64,000 nucleotides of DNA from Octopus sinensis (GCF_006345805.1 NC_043001.1:69440001-69504000), one strand, 5' to 3'; positions 25,923 to 39,427 are shown, counted from the first letter of the stretch. Notes: generated by a model not told the origin, from the sequence alone. Made by a program: numbers and translations.

Positions 25923-28091
25923 GACGCGTGCGCGCCAAATGTACAGGTGCACGTGATCACATCAATACAGACACGAAAGCAAAACCGTTTATAAACTTTA
26001 GGCTCGTGACATATTAATATCTAGAGGCAGATTCATAGCGGTTGTCATGGAGAAAGACTTATGGTATCTGTTATGGTAAAGGCTGTTAAAACATATTCAA
26101 ACTCACTGCAGTTACTCTGGAGGAAACTCGCGTGAAGGAAGGGGCGAACAACGATGGAGTTATTGTGCTTTTACATATTTCAATGTGAAAAAGATATATT
26201 TGTCCAGAATGACTGTAGTAAATTTGCCTTTAGTAGTTAATATACGTCACAATTATTCTTTTCAATTAACCTAAATCTCTTTTCAGTTTAATCACAGTTT
26301 GACGCCGATGCAGCTATATTTATTCGAAGTAGGTGGACCACTAGCGCAACCCAGTCACTGACATTTACTCATTTAGTTAAAGTATTTCCCATTCAGGATA
26401 GCAAATTCACAAGAAATGTGAAATGAGAAACCTGTAGAAAGAAGCACGATTACAGATTTTAACATAGGTGAGAATATTTTCCTCCACGTTAACTGCAGTG
26501 AATTTACCAGTAGAAGTTGAAATGCGTCTCAAACAAACTTTAAGTAACCTAATGTTAGTTTTTCCCAATCACTGTTTAGTATATATATATATATATATAC
26601 GTACCGTTGCTATTATGCAAAAGTATCATAAGTCTAAAACGTTGCTTTTTCAGAAAATGAAAAAAATAGTCTCACCATTCTATACCGAAATCGTTTACTA
26701 TACTTTGATAATTTTTGATATGTTGGTATCTGAAGCAGCTGAAGATACGACGGTTTGATAAAAAGAACCGGGTATCGCAATCAAAAATAAATATTGAAAA
26801 AAAAACGCATTTAGTCAAATTTGGACATATGGCAGATTAACGTAACAGCTACGATATATATGTGTGTGTGAGTGTGTATGTGTATATGTGTGTGTGAGTA
26901 TGTGTGAATATTACATTTTTGTACTATATCCCGCGTGCATGTGTGCGAATGAACGTGTCATCGCGTGTGTATATGTGAGTATGTGTAGGTGTAGGTGTGA
27001 GCATATACACGCCTCTGTCTTACAAATTAAAATATTGCCTAGAAAATGAACTCCATTAAATTTCCGAAAGACCAGGACCTTATATTTAATATGTTAGTAT
27101 GTTGCAACTTGAAAACAATTGATCTCGAAGGAGAACAAATATTTTTGTCCATATAAATCGTGTAATGTATATATTTTCTAGTTTATTCGCAATGGAAATG
27201 AACCTGCTCATCATTAAGTCGAACAAAGTGATACACAACATAACGAGAAATGCATATCACTCACTGGTGTCTACCACCACGCAACACATATGACTAACAA
27301 AGTAATTTGAAGTGGAAAAATAAAAGAATAAATAATATAAACAAAACTAGAAATGCAAATAAATAATAGCACCAATTACAAAGCAACAAAAAAGATTGAA
27401 TTAAATAAAACCAAAAATTACAAGTGGCAGCATTTAGCGATAAAAATAAATTGAAATTCAATAAATCAAAATAAAACGTCAACGACATTAAATGCTCTTT
27501 TCTAAAACAAAATTTAACTTAATGGTTTGTTATTGGTATTATTTATTTTCTAGTAAATTTATATTAATTTGCTTCTTTTTGTTTTATGTCGTTCTTTTTT
27601 TTTTATTTGTCGTATAATATATGGCTCAAAGTGGAAGCAAGTTAATATATCAGTAGTTTAGAGTTATGATGAAGTAGATGAGATAATTGTTTTCAGGATA
27701 CGATACATAAAACTGCATATCAGAGATAAGTATATTAAATAGGAAGCAAGAAAACACTGAGAAATAAAAAAAATATAAAGAAAAATGTAAATAGGAAAAT
27801 AAATATAATAAAATGAGATAGCGAGATGTCAAGAAAGTAAACTAAGATAAAAGCGAAAATGTGCTTATGCAGAAAACGAACGTAATTTATAAGAGACTTG
27901 GGCTTCTGTTTATACACCCACACATACATGCATACATACATGTATGAATGTATATACATGTGATAACTTGAAAGTGTATATAGTGATATTTCGTATTTAA
28001 TATTCATTTTCATCTTACCGAGTTTGACCGAATTACCGAATTACTGATTCACACATACATGCAATATATGTATATATATATATATATTATA

Positions 28092-28152
<61 letters not shown>

Positions 28153-28154
28153 AT

Positions 28155-28228
28155 ACAGAGAGAGAAAGAGGGGGAGAGAGAGAGTAGTACCTCGGTTTTT
28201 GAACATCTCTGATCACGAATAAATCGGG

Positions 28229-28290
<62 letters not shown>

Positions 28291-28441
28291 CACGATTTAT
28301 TCTTGATCAGAGGCGTTCGTAAACCGATGTACTATGGTATTAAATGAATATGAGAAAGCTCGAAAATTAATATGAGAAAGCAGGAGATAAAGCCCGATTT
28401 ATTCGTGATCAGAGTTGTTCGAAAACCGAGGAACTACTCTA
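28155..28441. mobile_element. pogo/Tigger-like MITE remnant with one left arm and two right arms
   Basis: 28183-28230 (AGTAGTACCTCGGTTTTTGAAC...AATCGGGCT) is inverted at 28391-28438 and, more diverged, at 28293-28335. TA flanks both ends. Confidence 0.7.
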
Positions 28442-28822
28442 TATGTATATGAGATTACGCTAGTGTAAGTAATATCTATTTTTAGCATTGCACATGAATA
28501 TGTGACTGGCAGAATTGGTAATACATTGGGTAAATAATTCGCATTGTTGTTCTACATTCTTTGCTCAAATCCTTTGAATGTTAACTTTCCCTTTTATAGA
28601 TTATTAATAGCAAATCTATTTTTCCTCTTCGCTGCAAGGCCAGAAATATTAAGGAGAATGATGTGTAAATTTGAACGACTCTATTATTCAGCAGGTACTT
28701 ATTTTATCAGCAATTGAAGGAAGAAATACAAAGACAAACTTGGCGCGATTTCCATTGAGAATGTAAAGCGTGAGAAAAATACTTCAAAATAATTCTCAGA
28801 CTCCTTTAAGGATAATTCCCTT

Positions 28823-28877
<55 letters not shown>

Positions 28878-28960
28878 CACTACCACTACCACTACTACTA
28901 CTACTACTACTATTACTACTACTACTACTACTATAATGTAAATAATAATTTCAAATTCTT

Positions 28961-29119
28961 GCACATCGATTCCAGTACGCAGGTGGTACCTATTTATCGA
29001 CTCCGGAAACATGAAGTTCAAGTCGACATCAATGGAATTTGATCTCATAACGTTAAGACCGAAGGAATGCTGCTAAGAATTTTTCTCGGCTAGCTAAAAA
29101 TTCTGCACGCTAGCCCCTT
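28961..29119 (-). mobile_element. Degraded copy of the SINE family at 48258-48456
   Basis: CCAGTACGCAGGTGGTACCTATTTATCGACTCCGGAAACATGAAG...GTCGAC...GGAATTTGATCTCATAACGT aligns by eye with 48300-48400. Further relics lie near 23270-23440, 28630-28800 and 50380-50550. Confidence 0.7.
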
Positions 29120-30329
29120 TATTATAGCAATAATAACGTCTTGTTTCAGGGGTATCTGATATTGGAGACATTACAAGGAGAACTTAGAATTTGTGTTTTC
29201 TTACATGAAAAATGAGAGTGAATATCGGAGAGGTGGAAGTTAGACGTGATAAATTCATGCATAATAGACCAAATACGTGAATACATGTAGGATGCAGTAC
29301 TAAACAGGAGAGTTTTCAACGAAGACTAACGAAGGAAGATTCATACTCGTCAACAATGTTATTCATTCTGCAGGCGCATACCTAGAGTAGTTTTGTACAG
29401 CTTATTTATTTCTCATACCCTACTAGTACTCATTTTTGATAAATAGCTGCATGAAAGCACTTGTCCATCCACCTATTTTTCCAAATAGAACTTCAAAGAT
29501 TCGTTGTCTGCTTGACTGAGTAGGAGGGGTCTGTCCTCAATCCTGCCAGCTTATATGTCCATACAAAATCTTTCGACATATTAATTAAAATATATTTTAT
29601 GTTACTCTACGTCTATTTTGATATCTACTAAGATTTTTAAGTTGCTAAAGTTTTAAATGTAAATAGTTTACATGTAATAATGTTACGTGAGATGATTTTC
29701 ACATACTTTGTTTTCGAACAAGACAAAAGCTGTAAGCGATTCGTTGAAATGATTTCCCGCCTGCAATGGCAAAAAAGAAGAATAGAAAACACGTCATGGT
29801 TTTTTCTCTTCACAGTAAGATCTTCTTCGTAGTTCGATTATCAAGTTACTAGTTTCGTTACCAAATAAACGTGCCTTAATGATCTTGACATAAACCATAT
29901 GACTATATAAACAAAATGGTTTTCTTATTTTACAGGGAATTGTACTAGGTCTATGATTTTATTTAGATGATAATGAAATATTTCTGAAAGATCTTGGTGA
30001 ATGGTATTGAAAGAAATACTACATAATTGTTCGGTGTCCTTAATGAGAGATTTTCATTTCAAGCTATAAAATTATTTCATTTCATTACTTGCCAAATTAT
30101 GATAAATTAGAAAACTAATAAAGAGAACATGGCTCTCATCGTCAGTTAGAATCCTAATTTAAAAATTGGTGTTCATAAGTATTCATACTGATATAGTGAC
30201 AAATCTGAGAACGAGCAGTGTTTATACTATTATGAGAACGCGACTCAAACTCTAGCAGAAAATATTGCGACATTAGGGAAACATCCAATCAGAGAAGGTA
30301 GTCAGCAGTGAAGGTATCCAATAACCATA

Positions 30330-31600
30330 TAGCCAAATATTAAAATCACTGATAGAAGGAGAAAGTATAAGTATGTTGTAGTTTTAGAATCTGACAGAAT
30401 AGTAAATATGAAACAGAATATCGTGATGGAGTATATCAAGTGGATGAGGATTCGAATTAAGTCCAAGCGAAATTGTCCGAATCTAGTGAAGATTGCAATC
30501 ACTTGGGCTGTATCGTTTCACAGATATTCAACAGCTTTTGTAGATTGGACAAAACGTGAACTAGTAAATTTGTGCAGAAGAACTAGGAAGGAATTCAATA
30601 TGAATGCAGGACTTTCCCTAGAGCGCGAGCAGCAAGGCTATACTTACCTTGAAAGGAAGTTGATAGAGAGTTAATGTCTGTAGAAGATTGACTGAGGTTA
30701 GTTAGAGTAGATATAGCCTCCTATGTAGGTATTAGTTTTCAAAAAAGTTGATTAAAAGCTGCTAGAGTAGCAGTAGGAGATAGGGAAACCGAAAACGACA
30801 AATATAAATAAAAACAAAAAAGCAAGATCATCTGATTGTCAAGAGAAGGCATTTCATGGTAGATTTCCAAAGATAGTTGGAGCAAACAGTAATAGTGAGA
30901 CGTGGTTGTGGTTGCAGAAAGGAAGGCTGGAAAGGGAGACAGAAGGGTTGCTAGTAGCATCATAAGATCACGTCTTGTGGACCAACTATATAAAAGCCAC
31001 GATTGACAAAAATCAAGCAGATTCTCTATGTAGATTCTGTAGATCAAAGGATGAAAGTGTCACTCATATAATAAGTGAATGTAGTATGCTGGCACAGGAG
31101 GAATATCATGAAAGACATGACAGTTTTGGGAGAGAGGAAGTTACATAACTGGGAGTTATGTAGAAAGCTAAGATTTGAACATGAACCTAGTAAAGTGCTA
31201 GAAAGTAAGACATTTAAGATGTTGATGGATTTTAACATTCAGACTGACAGAGCAATAGATGCTAGAAGGGATGATTTAATATTATTACTATTATTAAAAG
31301 AGTCCTTCTAGCTTCTATTGCTCTGTTTGTCAGAGATAATACAAAGTTCCAGGTAGTTGACATTATAGACCCAAATGATGAGAAAGCCAATGTGAGATGT
31401 ATAGAGAAAAGAGCAAAGTACAAGGATTTAGCCACTGAGTTTCAGTGGAATAGAAAGTGTGGGTGAAATGTATTCCTGTGCTTATAGCTGGATTACGAGC
31501 TATTCCTTAATATTTGAACAGAAGAAAGTGGCATACAAGCCTAGTTGAGTGCAGCTCCAGAAAACAGTATTATTAGGGACATCATGGATACTTCTCGGTA
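30330..31600 (+). pseudogene. Old R4/Dong-type RLE non-LTR retrotransposon, 3' half
   Basis: EKYKY, VDWTKREL...RRTRK, ETEGLL, CRFC...VTHIISEC (CCHC), RHD, DFNIQTDRAIDARRDDL, KYKDL and LQKTVLLGT. Confidence 0.8.
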
Positions 31601-31606
31601 TTAAGG

Positions 31607-31765
31607 TTATTTACATTATTTACATTATTTACAATTGAGGGATATTTGTTCTCATCTTGTTTGTTGTAACTCAACGTTTCGGCTGATATACCCTCCAACA
31701 TTCATAAGGTGTCTTGGGGAATTTTCGAACCTGGGTTCTCATTCCTAACGTATTTTCCGATGTCG
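31607..31765 (-). mobile_element. Short SINE-like element: B-box-like motif, degenerate hammerhead and 9-nt tandem tail
   Basis: Minus strand: GGTTCGAAA, then ACAC-CTTATGA-ATGTTGG...CAGCC-GAAA-CGTT-GAGT (31668-31712), then (AATGTAAAT) x~3. Confidence 0.55.
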
Positions 31766-31821
31766 TTATTATTATCATTATTATTATTATTATTATTATT
31801 ACTTTTTTTTTCTTCTTCTTT

Positions 31822-32056
31822 TAAATTTGCTTCCATTTCTTGCCGAGTGTCTTCCCGACTCCTAGGGCAAAGAAACTCATAGTACACATTGGTAGGCCAT
31901 TAAACCAAACTAAGTAGTTCGTTCATTTCTTTTTTTTTTTTTTAAAGTTAAATTAAAATACAGGAGCTGCAACAGTTCTCACATCGACAATGCTCTTCTC
32001 AATACGTGTGATGTACCAGTTAAGACAATCTTTTGCACTTCTTGCAGGGATGGTAA

Positions 32057-32058
<2 letters not shown>
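31822..32058 (-). mobile_element. Very short 5'-truncated R4/Dong-type copy (third subfamily)
   Basis: The minus strand reads EVQKIVLTGTSR..LRRALSM* plus a 3' UTR. Flanked by (TTA)n on the + strand. Confidence 0.7.
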
Positions 32059-32140
<82 letters not shown>

Positions 32141-32147
32141 TATTATT

Positions 32148-33138
32148 CATTAGTTTTATTTTTATAGCGTGCTTTCACTTCACTGCCGAGCGCAGCTCTG
32201 TGTGCCTTGGGTATGTGCTCTGATTTGTTGTGATGCTCTGATGGTTATTGTATGGAAAGTGTTCTGCGTAGGATGTGTGCAGTGCCTAGTAGTGCAATTT
32301 TCTGTATGTTATATGTGTTTGTAAGTCCTGTTTTTTGTTATGTATTTGTCTGAATATTTTTTTATCATGCCTAATGCACCTACTATGATAGGAATTGTTT
32401 CTGTTTTCAGGTTCCACATTCTAGTTACCTCTATTTCCAGGTCTTTGTATTTTGAGAGTTTCTCCATTTCTTTTAGAGACACGTTGTCATCAGCCGGTAT
32501 TGATACATCAATTAGAAAGCATTTTTTTTCTTCATGGTCTCTGACAACTATATCTGGTCTGTTGGCCTTAATTTCTCTATCTGTGTGTATCGGCATATCC
32601 CAGAGTATGGTTGCTTTCTCGTTTTCTTTGACCTTTTCTGGTGTGTTGCCTATACCATCTTTTTTCTGTTGTTATTCCATAATGTTGGCATAGCTTCCAA
32701 TGTATGTAGGTTCCAACTCTGTCATGTCTGTGAATATATTCCTTCTTAGCCAGGACTGGGCAGCCAGAGATAATATGATTTATTGTTTCTTGTCCATCTC
32801 CACATATTCTGCAGTTACTTGTAATATTTCTTTTCATTACATGTTTTTGGTAATTTCTGGTGGGGAGGCATTGGTTTCTACTTTGAGTCCTGAGCTTCTC
32901 AACCATTGCTGGGATTTTTCTTTGTCTATTTCTTTTGCGTTTAGTTTAGTCCAGTATTTACCATGAAGGGGCTTTTCTTGCCATCGTTTTTATCATGGTT
33001 CGTTGCTGTTCTATTTTTAGTTTGGATTTCATTTGTTTTATAGCTTTGTTGTTTCTCCATTCTTCTTCTTCTTCATGTTTATTAGGTGGTATGATTTCTT
33101 GTTTGTATTTGTCAGCTTCCTTAAATACCGAGAACAGT
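32148..33138 (-). mobile_element. 5'-truncated R4/Dong-type element, subfamily B
   Basis: CRICGDGQETINHIISGC, HRHD, RPDIVV, LIDVSIP and KLSKYKDL. Near-identical to 52630-53545, and the 3' end is followed by (AAT)n on the sense strand. Confidence 0.92.
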
Positions 33139-33163
33139 GTGCATAATAATAATAATAATAATA

Positions 33164-33594
33164 ACCACAGATTTGCTTGTCAGTTGTTTGACCTTAACCA
33201 GTTGAGCATGTCCCTTAGTGGCTGACGATATGTGCATCTCTGATCACGAGCAGAAGTAGTGGGAGAGCATCATAGCCATGTGTTGAGAGGGATTGTTTGG
33301 TGTTTGAATAATTCACCTCTGGAGACATGGGTGGGTTTTTCAACATCCTTAAACAACCCTTATGCAGGGACCGTTTGAGCGGGATGGGCTACTCAACCTG
33401 AAGAAAATTCTAACTGGGCCCCACCTGAAAGGTCATGTGCAGTTTATCTTGATATGAGATCACCATGCCGCGCACATATGGTTGTGATGCATGTGCCTGG
33501 TGTGCCCTTATCAGACGGGTAGTCATGATGGGTATATTGGGCTTCGTATATTTTACCCCAGTGTCACATTGATGGCATGAACTGCTCTCTCATC
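33164..33594 (+). mobile_element. Non-coding interspersed element in (AAT)n, copy 1
   Basis: Homologous to 39626-40109 and 56583-56773 (shared TTCTAACTGGGCCCCACCTG...GATGCATGTGCCTGGTG). AAT repeats on both sides. Confidence 0.8.
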
Positions 33595-33635
<41 letters not shown>

Positions 33636-34419
33636 ATAATAAATAATAATAATAAGGCGGCTGGACGTGACAGAGGATGGACGTATTTTTACGATGCTCT
33701 GAACTGGCAACAGCGAACCCAGCAGGTCAACTGTAGAAAACTGGAAGATCTACTGTTTTCTGTAAGTATTTTGAATTACCCTCAAAATAAGTAAAAAAAA
33801 AAAACTTACATATCTACAGCATACACAACGTACACCTAACAAGAAAAATTAGAAACATAAATATCTCCAATTTACATTTAGTCGTCTCTCATGACTATAA
33901 AATGTGTAAAATTGCCTTTTAAATTACCTTTTATTGTAACAACACAATTAAATGCACGATAAAAAGTTATGGAATTAAGCACCTACTACTATATACAATA
34001 CAACTGAATTCAGAAATTTAAAAATATATACATAACATTGAACTCAGAAAGTTATTTAAAAAAATGAAAAAAAAAATCTTCGACGAAAACATCAGATAAT
34101 ATGTGTGAGTGAATATACATAATATATACATATACATATGCATGTGGTAGGAAGAAAAGAGAAAGGAAAAAAAAAAATGTAAACAGGTTTGACCTTTTAC
34201 TCTGACCATTAACGTTCTTTGTCTCCACCATCTACCGTAGCTATAGCTATTTATAGACCCAAAGAACATGAATTCTTTACCAACCATTCTCCAACACAAT
34301 GGAGTGTTGATGGTGGCTGTGGCTACACATAAAACAATGTCATTGAGGATGATGATGGTGTATGGTGATGTTGCTGATGGGGTGATGGTGGTGAAGATGA
34401 TAGTAATAACAATAATAAC

Positions 34420-37400
34420 TGACAGATCCCGTCTTTTTCCCTTTCTTTTCGTTTCCTTCTCCGTATTTTATTCTCATTATTTCGAACTAATACAGACACA
34501 GTGAGCCTTGAAGAAAGGAAGAGGAGGAAAGGAAAAAAAAAAAAAAAAACAAAAAATTGTCCGGAGATAAAACTATCAGCAAAAAAAATACAGACGAATA
34601 TAGATCTGCTAGTCTTAAGAAGCGGCGCCATGAGCAATGCTTACATGTAGTGAACCCTAAACTGACAGATCCATCTCCTAATATAAGAATGGATGCTCGA
34701 CATGCTTCAAGGTCAACAAATCAAACAATAAACCGCATTGGTCATTGCGCGGATTACAAAAGACCACGTACCCGAAAATTGAACCAAATCCTGATTGAAA
34801 AATCAATTACTGGATCAAATCTTCCCAACACACAGGAGCTGGACGAACCCCACAACCGGAATATTCCAACAGATGGCCATCCATGCTCATCACCAAATAA
34901 TCCAAAGAAAAAGAAGGAAAAATGGTCTAGGGAAGATAATAAAGAAGTTCTTGAGGCCTTCTACCATGCCATATATTTCCCCACAGATAAGTCTAGCACT
35001 GTACAAGCATACTAAAACTGGAGACAGAAACACCCTGAAGTAAGACCCTACATAGACAGTAACAGGCTTGCCAATGTTAGAAGAAACATTATAAAAAAGA
35101 AATTACTGACTGAAGTAGAGATTTATCAGGTTAGACAAGCAATATCGGATAAAATGAACGAAGCTGCAGCTAGAGAAGATAATACAGAGGAATGATTATA
35201 GACCAGTCCAGGGCGGATAAAAACGAAGAGAGGATTGAAAGAGTTAGTATAAGTGATAGGCAAAGTGAAATACTCCCTGAACCAATCATAAACACTAAGA
35301 CAGATGAGCATCAAATAGATAAAGAAAGTCACACAAATATTGACCCAACAGAACTACATGAGCTAAAAAATCAAATCATGATTGAATGGCTGAAAATTAA
35401 AGAAACCAGCATGGATGAGCGTGATACACTTCCTAAAATCCGCAACTCTAACCAAAACATGAAAATAATTGGTAAAATCCGGCTTGCACTTAAGGATATA
35501 ATTTCAGTTAATGATGTTGATATCACAAACCTCAACCACCTATACTATGCATCCGCGAAAATCTCAACGATCCTATGTGGTGTAAAGATTAGAAAACGGC
35601 AACAGTTCCACAAAAAGCCTTCTTGGCAAGAGCGTCTGCAACAACAAATTAAAATATTTAGATCTGACATTGAATATTTGAAAAACCTTAAGGCTCACAA
35701 GCCTACCAAACATATAAAAACCCAAAAATTACTGAAAAAATACAATATGAAAACTATACTTGATATTGATGCCACCATAGAAACCATCAAACAAAACGTA
35801 TCTGCCAAAGCTGCCCGCATAGCGAGGTATGAAAGCGTGTTAGATTTTTCAAGGACAACAACATGTTCAAAAATAACACCAAGAATTTTTACAGGAAGAT
35901 AGGAAAAACAGCGTTTACTGCAGGGTCTGTACCATCAAAAGAAGAAGTGCAGAGATTTTGGAATAAAATCTGGGCAGAAGAAAAACACACAACGAAAAGG
36001 CCCCCTGGATTGACAGAATATCTACAGAACTGGACCCCTTAGAAGAGCAAAAGTGGGAGGGTGTCAAGGTAGAAGATATAAGATCTGCTCTCAGGAGGTC
36101 AAGCAAATGGAAGTCTCCAGGAAAGGATAAAATTCCTAACTTCTCTGGCTGCCTTCCCAGAGAGCCATGAACTGCTAACAGAACTGTACAATGATGTTTG
36201 CAACACCCTAGTAGGATGCCTCCTTGGCTAGTTAATGGGTTAACATTCCTGCTTCCAAAAAGTGAAGAAACAATGAACCAAAAAACTATAGACCCATAAC
36301 CTGCCTAACAACTATGTACAAAACACTAACATCTGTCCTGACGGAATATACCTATAGTTTTTTAAACAGACAGCAGCATATTCCCTAATGAACAGAAAGG
36401 ATGTAAACGTGGATCCTACGGCTGTAAAGAACCACTACTCATCAATAAGATGATCTTAGAAGATTGTCACAAACGACCAAAAACTTATCAATAGCCTGGA
36501 TAGACTATAAAAAGGCTTTGATAGCCTACCACATAGCTGGATTAGGAAATGCCTTGAAATGTATAAGATAGCACCAACTCTGCGAAACTTCTTGACTGTA
36601 AGTATGAGATCATGGAGAACCACACTAACTCTGAACAGTGACAGTGAATCCCTAAATGCTGGTGATGTAAAATTTCGTGTGGCATTTCCAGGGTGACTCA
36701 CTGTCACCACTCCTCTTTTGTTTATCCTTAATACCTCTCTCAAAGCTGCTCAATGACGCGCAGTACGGGTATAAATTTTGATAAAATATAATCATCTCGT
36801 TTACATGGATGATTTAAAGCTTTTTGCAAAAACTGATCAACAACTCAAGGCTTACTAGCGATAGTCAAACAATTCAGTGACGACATCAGTATGCAATTCG
36901 GCCTCGATAAATGTGCAAAGGCTACCTTTATCAAAGGAAAAATTACAGAAACATCTAACGTTAACCTTGACCAACAGAATGTCATAAAAGAACTAGACCC
37001 AGCGGAGAGCTACAAATACCTAGGGGTAATTGAAGGGAACGGAATAAGGCATTCAGAGATGAAGGAAAGGATCAGGAGAGAATGCTATCGAAGAGTGAGA
37101 GCAATACTCAAGACAGAGCTGAATGCAAGAAACAGGATCGAAGCGATCAATGCATTAGCTATACCAGTCGTGACTTACAGTTTCAATATTGTTAACTGGT
37201 CAATTACTGAAATATGTCAGCTCGACAGAAAAATAAGGAAACTGTTGACAATGCATAGAATGCACCCCCCTAAGGCAGATACAGAACGACTCTATCTGCC
37301 AAGAAAGAGGGAGGCCGTGGTCTTTTGCAACTGGCAATAACAATGAAGATTGCTACAATTGGCCTAGACACCTACCTGAAAAACTCTGAGGACTGGATGT

Positions 37401-38563
37401 TAAAACTTGTCTCAAAACATGAAAACAAGAAAGCATCATACTCAGTCACAAAACAGGCAAAGGAATATCTAAGTGAATTCCGAATACAACCAATTTCGGA
37501 TTAGAGATAGATATACAAGAAACAAGCACAGAAAAAGCTAGGCGCATGAAAACCCGTGCCAAAACTGCGGCCTTAGATATTCTGAATAATAAATGGCAAG
37601 AAAAACCTCTCTATGGCAAATACCCAAAGAGAGCGAATAATGCAGATATCGACAAAGCCCTGACCCATCAATGGCTAATGGCCTCTGGCTTAAAATCTGA
37701 AACAGAGGGGTTTATCATAGCAGCTCAAGATCAATGCCTACCAACAGAAACTACCAGGCCAACATATTAAAGATCAAGCAGTCCAACGTGTCGTGTATGC
37801 AAGCAACAAAATGAAACCATTGACCATGTGGTCTCCAAGTGCAGTCTTCTAGCGCCTACAGAGTATCTCAACAACACGATAGAGCTGCACAATATATTCA
37901 CTGGGTAATCTGTAAAAACCTGGATTTGCCCTGAAAAAAACTGGTGGGAACACCAAACCACCCCCAGTGCTTGAAAATGACCACATCTCACTCCTCTGGA
38001 ACTTCACCATTCAAACTGACAGGAAGATAGATGCAAATAGGCCAGACATCATATTGAAACTTCAAACAAAAAGAACATGCCTCCTCATTGATATGACTGT
38101 CCCAATCGATATAAACGTATCTGTCAAGACCTACCAAAAACTGAGCAAATATAAAGATCTTGAAATAGAAATCAGCAAAATGTGGAAGCTGAAGACTAAA
38201 ACAATACCTGTTGTCATAGGTGCCCTGGGAATGATAGCAAAGGGGCTGATAGCTACCTAACTCAGATACCAGGAAACCCAAAAATGGCAGAAGTTCAAAA
38301 GATAGTGCTCATGGGAACTGCTCATATCCTACGCAAAATACTCTCTATGTAATCTCAAGGTTTAAAACAAACATAATTTTCGGTTTAAAAAAAAAACAAC
38401 ACCTTTTTTTTTTTTTAGACATTCATTAGTACAACATCCCCACCCCCCAAATATATGGCACACTAGGCATAACACAACATGAACTTCCACCCTGTTGTCT
38501 TGATGTCTCCTGGGTGAGACTTGGAGCCGACTTGTACAATATAAAGCAAAAGTCCAAACATAG
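34420..38563 (+). mobile_element. Near full-length R4/Dong-clade non-LTR retrotransposon (subfamily A) in (AAT)n
   Basis: 5' UTR, a single long broken ORF and a ~210-bp 3' UTR ending AAACATAG|AATAAT. Preceded by AATAACAATAATAAC. Confidence 0.92.
34557..38352 (+). pseudogene. RT-CCHC-RLE polyprotein, interrupted by frameshifts and stops
   Basis: [73 protein letters not shown] (36802-36813), FGLDKC, YKYLG, ETEGFIIAAQDQ, CRVC..HVVSKC, RPDI, LIDMTVP and KLSKYKDL. Stop at 38350-38352. Confidence 0.92.
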
Positions 38564-38570
38564 AATAATA

Positions 38571-38617
<47 letters not shown>

Positions 38618-38742
38618 GAAGAATATAAGAAAAGAAGAAGAGAAGAAGAAGAAGAAGAAGAAGAAGAAAAAGAAGAAGAAGAAGAAGAAGAAGAAGAAGA
38701 AGAAGGAGAAGAAGAAGAAGAAGAAGAAGAAGAAGAAGAAGA
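38564..38742. repeat. (AAT)n followed by (AAG)n microsatellite
   Basis: Read directly from the sequence. Confidence 0.95.
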
Positions 38743-39055
38743 ATGGACTAAACTAAAAAGATATTGTTAGGAAGATGTACAGAAAGAAATGTTTTAATGT
38801 ACACGTAGCACAAAACAATTGTGTTAACGTGAAAGAAATTGAGAGTCTCTTTGTGCTAATGTAGTATGTGTTAACCACTTTTCCATACATTTGACTATTC
38901 TCACCATAAAGAAATCGTCGGTTCAAAAAATAGGTAGTATACTTAGTCTGTGCTATATATTTTCCTGTGAAGTCCCATATATGTCTATGTTACCCTGTAA
39001 AATTTATTATGTTCAACAACTATCAATTTATTACCATATCGATACCGGTGCTCAA

Positions 39056-39093
<38 letters not shown>

Positions 39094-39312
39094 GTATATA
39101 TGCAAATATGTATATATACATGTATATGAGTGAGAGCGCGCACATGACAGTGCATTTGTATTTGTACGCATAAAATTAGTGCGCTACTCACTTATATTTC
39201 TCATAAAGAAAGGTTTCGATAAATAGATATCGATAAGATACATAGTGCAATAAATGCCCTTTGGAGAAGATATGTTAATTTATACAAACCACGGATGATA
39301 TTTTGTTACGTG

Positions 39313-39349
<37 letters not shown>

Positions 39350-39389
39350 ATGTATATTACAGGGAATATGAGAGAATGGTAACAATAAA

Positions 39390-39427
39390 TAATAATAATA
39401 ATAATGACAATAATATTAATGATGAAA

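Noticed and set aside
33200-33245. VADDMCI as an RT YADD motif in the AAT-associated element
   Set aside because: There are no flanking RT motifs in frame, and the motif is deleted in copy 2.
33655-33770. Short open frame (AAGRDRGWTYFYDALNWQQ...) ending at a GTAAGT donor-like site; possible host exon
   Set aside because: There is no polypyrimidine acceptor, no recognisable homology and no partner exons. It could equally be a decayed transposase C-terminus.
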